NCBI GenBank assembly: GCA_023213395.1
Contig: CM041465.1
Location: 193,819,741 to 193,883,740 of the forward strand
DNA: 64,000 nucleotides
Direction of reading: 5' to 3'
DNA from: Cycas panzhihuaensis
Lineage: Eukaryota; Plantae; Cycadophyta
Numbering within the stretch: the stretch's first letter is position 1; each line of letters starts with the position of its first letter. The notes under the pieces are model-generated. The model saw nothing but the letters and a program-made list of their open reading frames with translations. It was not told where the DNA came from and made no database searches. Below, piece after piece: positions 40,500 through 54,126 of the stretch. The position numbers were made by a program, and so were the translations under genes.

Positions 40500-43400
40500 G
40501 AAGAACTAGATGACCAATTTACTTTGATTGAAGGGATCATGGTTGATAGTGTAACGTAAGGTAAGGTACCTATACCAAATGAAAAGACTACCATTAATCA
40601 TGAAAAGGTAGAGTACAAAGGAAAAAAGTGATTTTGCCTTATGACTAATTAATATATCCATTAGTGGAGCTGTAGCAGAAAATGTCAAAAGTCCTAAAAT
40701 ACTTAAGGAAGTATCGAATGCCATCACATCTATCTTAGAGGTAAAAAAATGATGGAAAGTTTATGGTTTCAAAGAGTTAACTCTATAGCCTTATAATAAT
40801 AGGTTTAATGATTAAAAATCTATAAATGGTGAAGGAAATTATTAATTAGATGGGGAATATTAGAGAAAATGCCGACAATAAAGACACCATTATTATACTA
40901 TTAAGGAGATTGCCAAAGAGACTTAAAAAATTTATGATGAGTTCTTTTATATTAGAGAAAGTAAGAAATATCATATTTAATGAGCTAAAGGCATTTTTTT
41001 TGTAACATAAATAGATATTAAAGCATAATATTATTGTAAAATCTTTTGATGCATTCTTAGTGATTTCAAAAGAGAAGAAACCCTTCATTATGAAGAAGAA
41101 GGAACTTAATAACAATAACAATCTACTTAGAAGGGGCAACTAGAATTACTATTATCATAATAAACTAGGCCATTTTAAAGAGGGATTGAAAAAAATGATA
41201 GGATGATCAATAAAATAAGAGAGATTGGTAAAATTAAAAGAAGAAATTATATGTAAGGTACATTTTTGGATAGTCAATCATCTCAATTAACAAGGAAGAA
41301 AAGCTCTTATTGGCAACTTCATAGATGAGTTTGAGGGTATGTGATGCTTATTATATTGATTCAAGGGCTTGTAAGTGTATTACAAGTAGGATTAATTGGT
41401 TCATATACATATGGATAGCAATTAGATAAACAATCAACTTGGGAGATAATAACATGTTGAATGTAGAGGGGATTGAAGGGAGAGTGGGAGTTAGAGGGAA
41501 TAAGACATTATATGAAGGACATCAATGATACCATATTTTTAATATTATGAAGGCAGTGTTAAAGAACACCTGGGGGCCTTATAGCTTGGTATATATAGAT
41601 AGGAGTTGGGTGGGAGCCCATTGTCTATCATCTTTCAGTGTTTAAAAATATCATTTAAAAAATATTAATCATTTGACTATGGTCAGTTAATATTAGCTCC
41701 ACCAACCCAAATGTCGACACACTTATTAATAATCCAAATGAATATTATTTAATATTTCTCCCTCATAATGTTCATTTGAGAAGACTTCAAGCTAATCTCT
41801 AAATTTATGGAACTTAAACTTTTCAAAAACCTTAGTAAAGATATCTGTTACTTATTCTTCTATACTATAATAAGTTAACTCAAACTCACCAGCTTGAACC
41901 AATTCTCTAATGAAATGATGTTAAGTTTAAATATACTTTATTTTGCCATGAAATATTAGATTTCAAGTCATTTGTATGGTGCTTTTGTTATCATACAACA
42001 TTTATGTTGGACCATCTTTTTTTACCTATAAGTCTTGGAGTAATCTTCTTAGCCAAATATTTTCACAAGCTCTTACTACTACTACTTTGTATTCTGCTTT
42101 TGTAATAGACAAGGACACCATGTTTTATTTCTTCAAACTCTAAGATTTTGATGCTAAACCTAAACTAAAGCTATAACCTGATGTAGACTTTCTATGATCA
42201 ATACGACTTGTCTAATTTAAATTTGTATAGCCAACTAGTCTAAAATTTATAAAAGACTTGTAATGTAGTCCATAGCCAACTATGTCTTGTAAGTATCTAA
42301 TGATCCTTTTTGCTACTTACCAATGTGATACTTTGGGATCATGCATGAATCTAGAGACAACACTTACTGCATACATGATATCTAGCTGAGTCAAAGTTAA
42401 GTAGATCAAACTACTAATCAGTTGCTTGTAGAGTGTATGATCAACCAATGCTAATTCTTCATACTTAGATAATTTTGTTTCAACTTCAATTGGTGTAGTA
42501 AGTGCTTTACAATCACTCTTATTGAAGGATAAGACATTATGCAAAGGACATCAATGATAACATATTTTTAATATTATGAAGGTAGTGTTAAAGAACACCT
42601 AGGGGCCTTATGATCTTATATATATATATGAGAGTTGGTGGGTGCACAATGTCTACTATCTTTCAATGTTTAAAAATACCATTTAAAAAAATAGAAATCA
42701 TTTGGCTAGGATTAACTAATGTCAACTCCACCAATCCTAATGTTGACTCACTTATTAATAATCCAAATGAACATTATCTAACAGGGATAGGAGTGGTCCC
42801 ATTCATTATACCTTATAGGTAAGACTATTATATTGAGGATGTGATGTATATATTAGGATTAAAGAATGATTTGATTTTTATCAACTAAATTTAAGATAGT
42901 AAGATGAATATTCTCTTTAAATATAAGAAGGCTATTGATAGTAACTATATGGAGAAAGTAATAGTTGAAGGAGTTAGAGATAGTGATTTTTATATGCTCT
43001 TAGGAAAAAATGTAAACTAAAGAGAATTAATTACTGATGCATTATGTAAAATTCAATTATGGCATCATAGAATAGGTCATTTACACTACTGCTTTCTTTT
43101 TATGATGCATAAACTAAATATGGTACATGGTATTCCAAAACATAAACTAATGAAGATCATTCATAAACCTTGTATTATAGGTAAGCAATATAGGGAGAAG
43201 TTCCAAAATGGTAAAACTTTAAGAGCAACTAAAAATGTTAACCCTTGTACAGTCAAATATTTGTGATTCAATGCTAACTATTTCACTTAAAAATAAAAGA
43301 TATTTCTTGACCTTCATTAATGACTTTTTAAGGAAAGTTTAGGTCTATGATGTAGAGGAGAAATCCTAGACCTTTGGTATTTTCAAGCAGTTCAAGGTGA

Positions 43401-45057
43401 AAGTGGAGAACAAAAGTGGTTAGAGGTTGAAAATTATTAAATTAGATAATGGAGGAGAATACACCTCCAATGCATTTATCCAATTTTGTAAGGATCATGG
43501 GATAAAAAAGTAGTTAATTAAAACATATATTCATCAATAAAATAGAGTTACTTAGAGGATGGATAGGACTTTAGTTAAAAATACCAAGTTGATGATGAAA
43601 ATAATAAATCTCTCATAGTCCTTTTAGGTATACATTTTTGTATAGTAGTATATCTAACCGGTAAGAATATGCCAAAGGTTGTTTAGAATATAATCCTGTA
43701 AGAAGCCTAGTCAAGGAGAAAGCCTATACCGATTCATCTTAGAATCTTTGGAAGAACTATATATATGCATGTCCTAAAAGATAAATGCCAATAATTTGAT
43801 TATAAAAGTTTCAAGTGTATCCCTATTAGGCATAACAAAGAAAATAAAGCATACTAGATATTAGAGTTGGAAATTAGAAAGGTATGTGCAACTTAAGATG
43901 TCTTCTTTGAAGAAGGCAATAAGTAGGTTATTAGTCTATATACTTCAAAAAAGTAACAAGATAAAGGGAAGTATATTAAGGGATAAACTAAGTCAAATTC
44001 TTTAAGGCAATAATTTATTGAGCTAAAGACTTATTAAGAGCCAAAATTTAAATCAAAAGGTGAGGAGGAGGAAGAGTATCAAGATGCTAAAAAATCATAG
44101 CCTAAAGTGTAGCTTGAGGTTACCGCACCTACTAAGAAACTTACCAAATAGTATTTGAAAAGCATAGTAGAAGCTTAATTACCTAAGAATAAAGGGAAAT
44201 ACAAGTTAAGGATAAAACCTAATATGGTTGAATTTGATTTAATGCAAGATATGTTAAATGTTAAAGATCCTTTGAGTTATGAGAAGGCCTACTAGGATCA
44301 AAAGAAGAGAACAATAATATATAATGAAATCTATATTATGAAGTAGAATAAGATTTAGGACTTGATTGATTTACTATAAGGCAAATATGTGATTAGATAT
44401 AAATGGGTCTGTAAGATAAAATTTATATCTAGTACCTAAATTAATAAATAAAAAGTTTAGAGCATACATAAGGTATTAGTTACCCAGATATATTAACTTC
44501 GATAGTAAAAATAGTGACAACTATATTGATACTAGCAATAGTTATATAATTTAAATGGAAATTACACCAACTAATATGAAGAGTTCTTTTCTAAATAGAG
44601 ATCTTAAGGATAAGATATATATAGAACAACCACATGGATATATAACAAAATATAAAGAACACCTTATCTATCACTTAACAAAGCCTTTGTATGGTCTAAA
44701 GAAAGCTCTAAGAGACTAGTGTTTTAAAATGAATAAGTATTTTAAAAATACCTAATTTATGAGGTTTTTAACTAATCTAAACTTATAAATAAAAGTTAAA
44801 GGTGAATAATCAATCATATTTATGGTTTTATGCATGGAGAATCCCATGATCATAGGTAATAATACCTCAAAGGTTAATGACTTAAATGATAATCTTAAGA
44901 TAACATTTAAGATGATAGATCTTAGACTATTCCACTACATTTTAGGAGTGGAAGTTTGGAAGAAGTCTAAAAATGTTATCATTTTATAGGCTTAGTATGT
45001 ATCAAGAGTTCTAAAGGAATTTAGAATAGAGGATTATAAACTAGAATGATCTTAAAG
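40500..45057 (+). mobile_element. Old, highly decayed Copia gag-PR-INT-RT, cut at the RT C-terminus by Tat2
   Basis: PR YIDSRA at ~41352; LWHHRIGHL at ~43058; DNGGEY at ~43445; RT SSFLNRDL, LYGLKKA and MIDLRLFHYILG. LTRs not resolved. Confidence 0.8.
41501..42783 (-). mobile_element. 1.28-kb Copia derivative: two 254-bp LTRs flanking only the RT C-terminus and RNase H
   Basis: LTRs at 41501-41754 and 42530-42783. TSD gggaa/gggat. PPT tttctccctc at 41755. Interior FNKSDCKALTTP...LIYLTLTQLDIMYAV...RKSTSGY. No PBS. Confidence 0.85.
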
Positions 45058-46730
45058 TGTGGGAGAAGCACTATCGTCGAAACCTAACAAACGAGCCTAG
45101 GGTAAATGTGGCAAGCTGGAAGGGAGAACAATACTCCACACCCTACCCAAGGTATCTATGCACCTCTTAGATGTAGAAAGCAGGGTAAGCAACAACCTCA
45201 AGAAGTGCTTATACTACTACCTAGAGTAACCCAGATGAGGATAGACACATGGAGGAGGTTTCACCCCCTAATTTCTAAGGCATGTATAATGACCTAAAGA
45301 AAAGAAGGTAAAATGGATGAATCACACACCTATGAGCCTCTTCTACTTGGTGAATTCAAAGGGAGTTTTTGATAATAGGATGATACATTCTACGAGTTTG
45401 GGAACCTGCAATATTACAATCTTTCCTTTATCTTGAATCTTGTAAGATAAGGAGAGAGTAAGGATGGACCTATTTGCAATATGTGTGGTGGGGATTCTAG
45501 TTGATAACCTAATTCTTTTACTTTTTTTTATTTTCTTTTATTGTATTTGTTGTATATATTTTTTCTTTTTTGTTTTGGAGGTTTATCCTAAATGTAAGTA
45601 ATAATATAAAATGAAAGCCAAAGGAAAGCAATGCTTAAAGAAACAAAGTAAGAAAAAAAGAAATATTTACTTTTCTTCTTTTCTTTTTTTTTTGGGAAAA
45701 AGGAGGGAATTGAGTGATATGAGAAAATAAGAGTAGGAAAAGAGGATGATTAATCAAGGGATGCCTCTCTCTCTCTTTCCTTTCTTTCTTTTTGTTGTTT
45801 CCTACTCCTTCAACCCCAATACCCTTCTTTTCCTCTCCTTTGTCTCTCCTATCTTTTCTTAATAAAATAAAATAAAATATGAAGTGGAACAAAATCAAAT
45901 ATTATGATAAAGTCAAGAGAAGAAGGAATGTATACCCATGATAATGATGTTCGATGGTGATGAATCTCATATCCTCACTTTACATGTGATTGATTTGATG
46001 ATGAGTATGGGAGGTTCACTCACCTCCCCCTGAGAGAAATCTTATAGTGTTTCTGCTTGCCAGTTTCCCTTCTCATAAAAAAGAAGAAAGAAACGAATCT
46101 TGAAAAGAGACAAGAAACCCAAAGGAAACCTCAAATAAGAATCACTACCACTTACCTCTTCTATGAACAGTTGCTACCGATAATGATGGTAAGATCCTTC
46201 ATGAAAATCTTATCGAACCAACAACTTTTCTTCCTCTGTGTATATAGATTAGCTTTCTCTCCCAAAGACATACAACATGCACAAAAATATATCACTCAAC
46301 AATGAGACAATTAGCAATGTCATATAAACTATGGAATGAGAAAATAACATCTACGAACTATCCATTATAAAAATAAGAATGGTAAAAGGAGGTATAGTTG
46401 AGAGCCTCAGAATGGCACCATCTCTCCTATATCATTAGTTTCCCAAGTCCTACTTAGGAAATCTCACCATATGCTTGCAAACCCACTTATCTAGAAGAGT
46501 GAAAATCATCAACATTCAACTTAAGATAGCTTAATATCAAGCAAAGAAAATGGAAGTCTCAAGTAAAAGTCTAAGAAGTATCAGGTGGAGATATGATAAG
46601 AAATTAAAGGAACATTAGCCAACATGAATCATCAAAAATCCTCATAACATGGTTTTGAATATGATGGAAACAAGGAGGAGAATAACAAATCCTAAAGCTT
46701 AGGAGTGGTTTACCATATCTTTTTTTGGAG
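45058..46730 (-). repeat. Tat2 3' LTR, distal part
   Basis: Ends ...cttctcccaca at 45058, abutting the old Copia RT. Homologous to the Tat1 LTR around 45640-45760. Confidence 0.7.
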
Positions 46731-47245
46731 TGTTAGATTATATAATGTAAACTTTATGTTTTATTATGTTTCTTAAGGTTATTATTTAGTCACATGTCTT
46801 AAAAATTATTTAAGTGATTGTAATGTTATAAACTTATGTTTAATATTAACTGATTTGTGGATGGTCATTGAAATGCGGAACTGCATTCCAACAAACCTCT
46901 GTCCTCTTTATTAATCTCCTAAATTTATGGAATTAGTTCTAGGAATCTAGGAGGTATGTCCATATGCCTAAAACAAGGCTATTTTAGGGGGTTGGTTATT
47001 GTGTATTTTGGTTTCAATTATTTATTAATACAAACTAGGTTAGGAGGTGGTTTTTCTTCCCCAGAAGGGGTTTTCCACCTGTCAACCCTGTGTACATGTG
47101 CATTGTCTCTTTCTTGTGTCTCTCTTCTGTTCCTGTGATATTTTGACTGTCTACATGTGCCTATTCTATCGTGGTATCAGAGCATAATACTATAGATATA
47201 GATACTGCTAGAGAACACACTCGGGATTTGTATTAAACATTGGTC

Positions 47246-47461
47246 TTACATGACAATATAAATGTTTGGATTCTCATCACAGAACACTGATGTCTTTAGG
47301 TAGAACCATGGGAATAAGTGACCTTGGAAGGGTTAGCATAACTAAGCTGATAAGGAAATGGCCATAACTCTGCTCTTCTTCCTATTTTTCTCACAAGTCT
47401 TTAGCACCACCTTCTGATCAACATATCCCATAACCATGATCTTGTGCAAGTTAATGTCCAT
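47246..47461 (-). pseudogene. Captured fragment of a heavy-metal-associated isoprenylated plant protein (HIPP) gene: end of HMA domain and CaaX terminus
   Basis: [37 protein letters not shown].../TSVFCDENPNIYIVM* compared with the HIPP consensus ..KVTVTGYVD.KKVLK.VR.TG..AELWP.PY...FSDENPNACSIM*. Confidence 0.85.
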
Positions 47462-47539
47462 CTTGTTCACAGAAAGGATAGGTCTAATCCTTTCTCCTAA
47501 GGCTTGATGAAACACAGTTTTAGTCTGAACACATACATC
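47456..47539 (-). pseudogene. eEF2: Captured fragment of the translation elongation factor 2 GTPase domain (G4 NKMD region)
   Basis: [28 protein letters not shown] compared with plant eEF2 [28 protein letters not shown]. Confidence 0.9.
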
Positions 47540-48639
47540 TATAGAGCTATCTATGAAAGTGATCGTAAAACAGGAGCTAGAACCCTAGTCTAGTACAAGT
47601 AAACCAAAGTTGCAAGGAACAAGAAGAAGAAGAGGACGAGTATTTCTTTGTGGATCTGGGAGAATTGACGCAGTCCTTGTCTGCCATTAATACCAGAGAC
47701 TAGCAAGCCACCATGAAAAACTTGTAGGAGGAGGCACTTGGTCACATTCTCTCACCAAATAAGGATGATTCAGAGCATTATCTGTGTTGATTTTGTGTCA
47801 AGGATGGGTAGCTAAAGAATCATTCTAAGGTCCATATTTGGAATGATTAGAGACCCCACGAATGCTCCTAAAATATAAACCTGAGAACAAAGCTACAAAA
47901 AAAGAAAAGAGGCTTTTAAACAAAGCACTAGCCTTAAGTTGTTGAGGTTAGAGTGAACCTGAAGTCCGGGCCACATAGTATAAAGGATTTCATCCACATA
48001 AGATGATGGCTCAATAGTATCTTTTTCCCTGTTCGGAAGGGAGAAATCAACGTTAGCACCAGACAGTGTTAAACGATCAGTGCACACACTAGATCCTCTT
48101 TGTGGACTATACTTTTTGCCATAACCAGGCTGCCATATACGCTTTTTCTGCTCTACATTTCTTAGCCTCCATAGAGATTCATGATCATAACGGGAGGACA
48201 TTTATTTGATTTACCCCTTCGAATTCAAGCACAGGGAGGATCAGAAGCAAATAAGAGATGAAATCCTTAGAGGTGTTACTCTGATTCCTCCCACAAACTG
48301 ATGAGGGGTTTTGTTCCATAGGGAGAGGGCTCAACAATATATGTGATGGCTTCCTGGTCTAACAAGGCTACACTTAACGAACAAACAAAGGAGAGACGGA
48401 GGGAACCAGCAGCTACCCGCATCTAAATCGCCATCGCTCCAATGCCATCGTCGACATGCAGAAACCCTCACTGCCGCCATGGGAAGAACATGAAAATGAG
48501 GTAGGTTTTCCTCATTTTTACCCCCCGGACCCCAATTTACATTAAAATTTAATTTTGTGTTTTAATTAAAACAAACCTGTCAGGTCCATTTTAGGTTTAG
48601 TTTAGTTTTTTTTTTTTTTTTTAACCTTAATTTAAATTA

Positions 48640-49640
48640 AACTTTAAACCCCCCCTCCATTATACTTTGTATTTTGATTTAAATCAAAGCACCCCCCCCC
48701 CCCCCCGCCCCTTAATAATATTTTTTGATTTAATGAACCACAACCCCCCCTTTAAACACATTTTTATTAAAACAAATTCCTCCCCCCTTTTATAATACCT
48801 TTATTAAAATAAATTTATATACACCCCCTCTTTTATCACTTTGTTATTTAATCAAATCAAACCCCCCCTTAATTATATTTTTATTAAATCAAATAACCTC
48901 CCTTACATTTTATTCTTAACTTTTTTTAATGTTAAAATTAACCCTTCTCCTCTATAATACTTTAATGATAAAACATTAGCCCCCCCCCCCCCCCCCCCTT
49001 TTTTCTTTTAGTATTCTTTGATGAAACATAAGCTCAACCCCCTCTCTTTTTTCTTATTATGTTTGTTTTTTTATTAAATTTTGTATTGTATACTTGATTT
49101 AAATCAAATACAATTCCTTTTTTTTCTATTATGCCTTGATTCTAAGTAAATCTATACCCTTCTATTACTCTTTAATGATTAAAATTAACTCTTTGATTAC
49201 TACATTTTAATGCTAAAAATTATTTCAAATTAATATAGTTAATTTTAAGAAAATTAAAATTAACCTTTTACTTATTATATTTAATCAAATCCATTCCTTT
49301 TATTATATATATATTTTACATTTATTTCTCTCCAACACTTCATTATTAATTTATGAATTAACTTTTTTTTCACACTTAATCTATAGAGTTGAATTATGTC
49401 ATTTAAGCCTTAAAATTACACATCTATTTCTCAAAATAAAAAGGGAAATTAAATACCTTAGTTACAAAGTTGTTTTTAAGTAAAACACTTACTTTATTAA
49501 GGGGAATTGTTTATTTTTTAAGGGGGATTTTTTAATTTTGAAGGGAGATAGTTTCTTTTTATCAAGGGGATTATTTATTAAACAAGGACTTTTTTATTCA
49601 AAGTAAAGGGGGACTATTTCTCTAAGAGGGACTATTTTTC
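48640..49640. repeat. Degenerate ~40-bp array of C-tracts followed by an array of G-tracts in the Copia leader
   Basis: About 10 aacccccc(t)...tttattaaatcaaa units at 48640-49060, fading to ~49300. Then aagggg(g)a units at 49500-49635. Confidence 0.75.
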
Positions 49641-49871
49641 TAAAAGAATTATTTTTCAAAAAAGACTGCTTAAGGAATTATTTTTTAAGAAGTTATTTGT
49701 TTATTTCTATTTAAAAGCACATGATTCTTTTTATATTAAAATCAATTAATGTATACTAAGATGTCTTTATGAATTAGATCTGTTAACAAGATTAGTACTT
49801 TCACTAGGTAATTATTTTTTCAGTCACCTTCATAACTTTTCAATCTACAAATAAACCTCAACACTCTTAAT

Positions 49872-52800
49872 ATGGCATTAATGCCAGGGACAGTCACTTA
49901 CGTTCCAATTCTAGTATTAACTAGCTCAAACTATGATGACTGGAGGAATCACATATCCCATCAGCTCAAACAGTAAAAAGTATGGTGATATATGACAGGT
50001 GAATTCAAAAAACCAAAAGCAGATGCTACTAAGAGTCTTATGGTATATCTGATGAACTTAGATGCCACATTAGGTACCATATTAAACTCACTCTCACTAG
50101 AAATCGGTTGGCAGTTTTCTGAAAAAGATGACTTAGCCAATGTTTGGAAAACCTTAGAAGAAAAATATGACAAGGTTGATACACATCAAGTAGCTATCCT
50201 AGAAGAGCAATTGTATAATCTAACTTTTGATGACTTTTCAAATGTTGAGGATTTTTTAACTAAAATCCAATCAATTAATAAAAATCTAGATAATTACATT
50301 AAATCAAAAACCAAAAAAGGTGATATAGAAAAAATAACTACGCATGTTAAAGATGATGACATGCTCGTATGTCTTGCAGTTAACAAATTACTGAAACACT
50401 TTAATCTTTACCAAGCTGTCAGACAACAAGCTGGCAATCCACCTATCACATTCAATAAGCTGACAAGCTAGCTGATTGAACATCAGACAATGTTAATTAA
50501 AACAGGCGTAATAAAAGATCATTCACAGGCTTTATTTTCTAAAACTAAGCCACAATTTAAAAACAAACAACAGAATAATAATTTTCATAATAATAAAAAA
50601 TTCTAGAAACCTCATCGAGGTTCACCATCTAATTCTCATAATAATGTTAAATATTCTGGTCCAACTAAAAACCAGAATACTTCTAATCAATTCGTTTCTA
50701 ATAGAAACAATGCATCTTTTTCTCAGAACACTAGTTGTGCCTACTATCATAAAAGAGGCCATATTATTGATGTCTGTAGAAGTAGAATAGCTCTAGAAGC
50801 ATGGAAAGTTTTCAAGGGATTGCAAAATAAACCATAATCCCATTCTCAATCCCATTTTCAATCACATTCATAATCACGACCACAAAACCGTCAATTTCAT
50901 AATCGTTCTTTAGCAGTAATAACTTCTACGTTTGTTGCTCCTTCAAACCAACCACCACAATGGATCCTTGACTCTGGTGCATCCCATTATATAATTAGAC
51001 ACCAGAAAAATTTAACCACTTACCAATCCAAAATGAACTCTAAAGAAGAGATTTCTTTCAGTAGTGGTAATCAACTCAAAGTCAAAGGATCTAGTGATGT
51101 TACTCTAAATGATGTTTCAATCAAGGACGTTTTTTATGTACCTAGCTTGTTACCAAACCTCCTCTCAGTTTATGAAATCTATCAGAAAGACCTTGTCATC
51201 GAATTCTGGAAAAATAAAATTGTCATTAAGGATCCATTACACAAATTCAAATGTATTGCCTTAGGACTTGTTGATCATAACATAGGTCTCTATAGTCTGA
51301 CCAGTTTTCAAAATAATAAATCAAAATCTTTTAGTGCTTTTATTGCCAAATCTGACTCAATTAGTAAGCTTTGGCATGCAAGATTTGGCCATACTAGTTA
51401 TGGTAAACTGTAATATTTAATTAAGCATGAAATAGTCCATGGTTTGCCACCCTTAAACACTGTTTATGGTGTTTGTGAAGCTTGTGTAATACGCAAACAA
51501 CACATGGATCCATTTCCATACAAAAATCAATATCGAGCAACTGCTCCACTCGAACTTGTCCACTCTGATATATGTGGACCCTTTCATGTACCATCATACT
51601 TAGGATCTCATTATTTTGTCACATTCATAGATGATTATTCAAGAAAATATTGGGTTTATATGCTCAAAATATGCAGTCAAATATTTGACATTTTCGTTGA
51701 ATATAAAACCTTAGTAGAAAATCAATCTAATTCAAGAATCAAAATATTTTGATCTGATAATGTTAAGGAATATTTAAGTAAAAAATTTATCTCTTTCTGC
51801 AAATCACATGGAATTAAATTCTAACATTCAGTTACATACATACCTGAATAAAACGATGTTGTTGAACGCAAAAACTGTACTCTTATTGAAATGACTCATT
51901 GCATGTTACATGCAAAGAATCTCGATTTAAAACTATGGGTAGAAGTAATTAACTACTCTAATTATTTATTAAATCATTTACCCAATAAATGTCTACAAAA
52001 CATCACTCCAGAACAAAAATGGTCTGGAAGAAAACCATCTATCCAACATTTACGAATCTTTGGCAGTATCGCGTGGGGACATATCCCTCACAAAAAATGT
52101 AAAAAGTTAAATAAAAAAAGTCAAAAATACATCTTCATTAGCTATAGCGAAGAGAGCAAAGCTTATAGACTTTTAGATCCAGTCACACATAATATTTCTA
52201 TTTTGCGTGATATAGTATTTGATGAAGAAGGATCTACTTCAACATCTACTTATGTAGAACTTCCTGTTGAAGATTTATTAACCAACACTCATTTGGTTGA
52301 TCCTTCTGATAAACAAGTTGATTCAGAAATTATATACTCTTTATCAACTCAAGTCTAAAATTGGACTCTATCAGAACCCACTGAAATAGATCCTTCTCTT
52401 CAAGCTAGTACATCAAATCAACCTATAACCTCAGATATAGTTACTCACAAGCAACCTGTTTGGGCAACCAAAACGCTTGTTGATGCTGGATCTAATGTAG
52501 GCAATCCTATTGATACTAGGCACACACGTGCACAAAAACTGCATGAAAATTTTACCTTAATGGCAAAAATAATGGAAAATAATGATCCTAAAACTTTTAA
52601 ACAAGCCAGTAACAATCCTGTATGGCAAGATGCTATGCAGACTGAATTTGCTGCCTTAATTAAAAGTTCAACTTGGGATCTAGTTCCTCTCCCACCTGGG
52701 AAAATTTCGTCGACTATAAATGGGCTTATAGAACTAAATATAATTCAACATGCGCAGTGGAAAATAATAAATCTTGTCTTGTTGCCAAAGGATTTTCTCA

Positions 52801-54126
52801 AATAGATGGCATTGACTAGAATGAAACCTTTGCCCCTATCACAAAGATGAATACAATTAAGACAATTATTGCTCTCACAACCAAGTTTGGTTGGGAAATC
52901 CACCAAATGGATGTTAAGAGTGCTTTCTTGAATGGTGATCTCAAAGAAGAGATCTATATGTCACAACCACCTAGATTCATTGAAAATCCTAATTTAGTCT
53001 GCAAACTTAAAAAACCTATTTACGGTTTAAAACAAGCTCCTCGAGCTTGGTATACCAAAGTCAATGATTACTTAATCCGCATTAGATACACTAGATGTAT
53101 TAGTGATCCAAATCTTTATTTTAAACGTGAAAATGAAAATCTTACCATTATAATCCTCTATGTTGATGACATTATTATCACTAGATCATCAACCCATAAT
53201 ATTCATCATCTCAAATCAACTTTAATGAACAAATTTGAAATGACCGATTTAGGTCTATTACATTACTTTCTAGGTTTACAAGTTTATCAAAATCAATCAA
53301 ATATAACACTATCTCAACCTAAGTATATTCTTGATTTAATTTAGTGGTTTAACATGGAAAATGCTAAACCTGTATCCAATCCTTTACAATTGGGAGTTAA
53401 ATTGTCTACTGATTGTCTAACTCCGTTATGTGATCCAACTCTATATAGACAACTCATTGGTAGTCTAATCTATCTTACTCACACCCGCCCTGACATTTCT
53501 TATGATGTTGCTTTATGCTCCTGATATATGCAACAACCACATAAATCTCACTGGAAAGCAACTAAATGAATCTTACGCTATCTAAAAAATACTGTATTTT
53601 ATGGTTTAACTTATAACTTTTTAATAAACCACTAACATTAATTGGATATACTGATTTCGATTAGGCAGGTGATTTAAATGATTGTAAATCTACTTTAGGT
53701 TATGTATTTATTATTTATTCTTCACCTATTACTTGGTCTAGCAAAAAAATGTAGGCACTAGCATTATTAACAACTGAAGCCTAATATCGAGCATTAGTCG
53801 AAGCTAGTAAAGAAGCACTTTGGCTAAAATCACTACTAAATGAAACTGGTCTAACTCTAAACTCTTCAATTGAAATTAAAATTGATACTCAAGGTACAAT
53901 TGTTATTGCTACTAATCCTATTTCTTATTCTAGAACTAAACATATTAAATTACATCAACATTTTATTCACAATTTAGTTACTGATAATCTTATTTGTTTG
54001 TCTTATTGTCCAACAGATTTACAGATTGTTGACATTCTTACAAAGTCATTAACTGAACCAAAGTTTTTAAATCTCAGAGATTTATTGCAGATAAAAGAAG
54101 TCTCCATCAAAGGGGGATCACCGTGA
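49872..54126 (+). pseudogene. Copia gag-pol polyprotein (gag, PR, INT, RT, RH), disrupted mostly by C>T/G>A stops
   Basis: WILDSGASHY, LWHARFGH, CEACV...ELVHSDICGP...FIDDYSR, HQMDVKSAFLNG, YGLKQAPRAW, LYVDD, VDILTK. Confidence 0.97.

Noticed and set aside
47893-48201. 102-aa ORF as a real gene
   Set aside because: No recognisable family, and it runs into an intron-like T-tract. Treated only as part of the captured mosaic.
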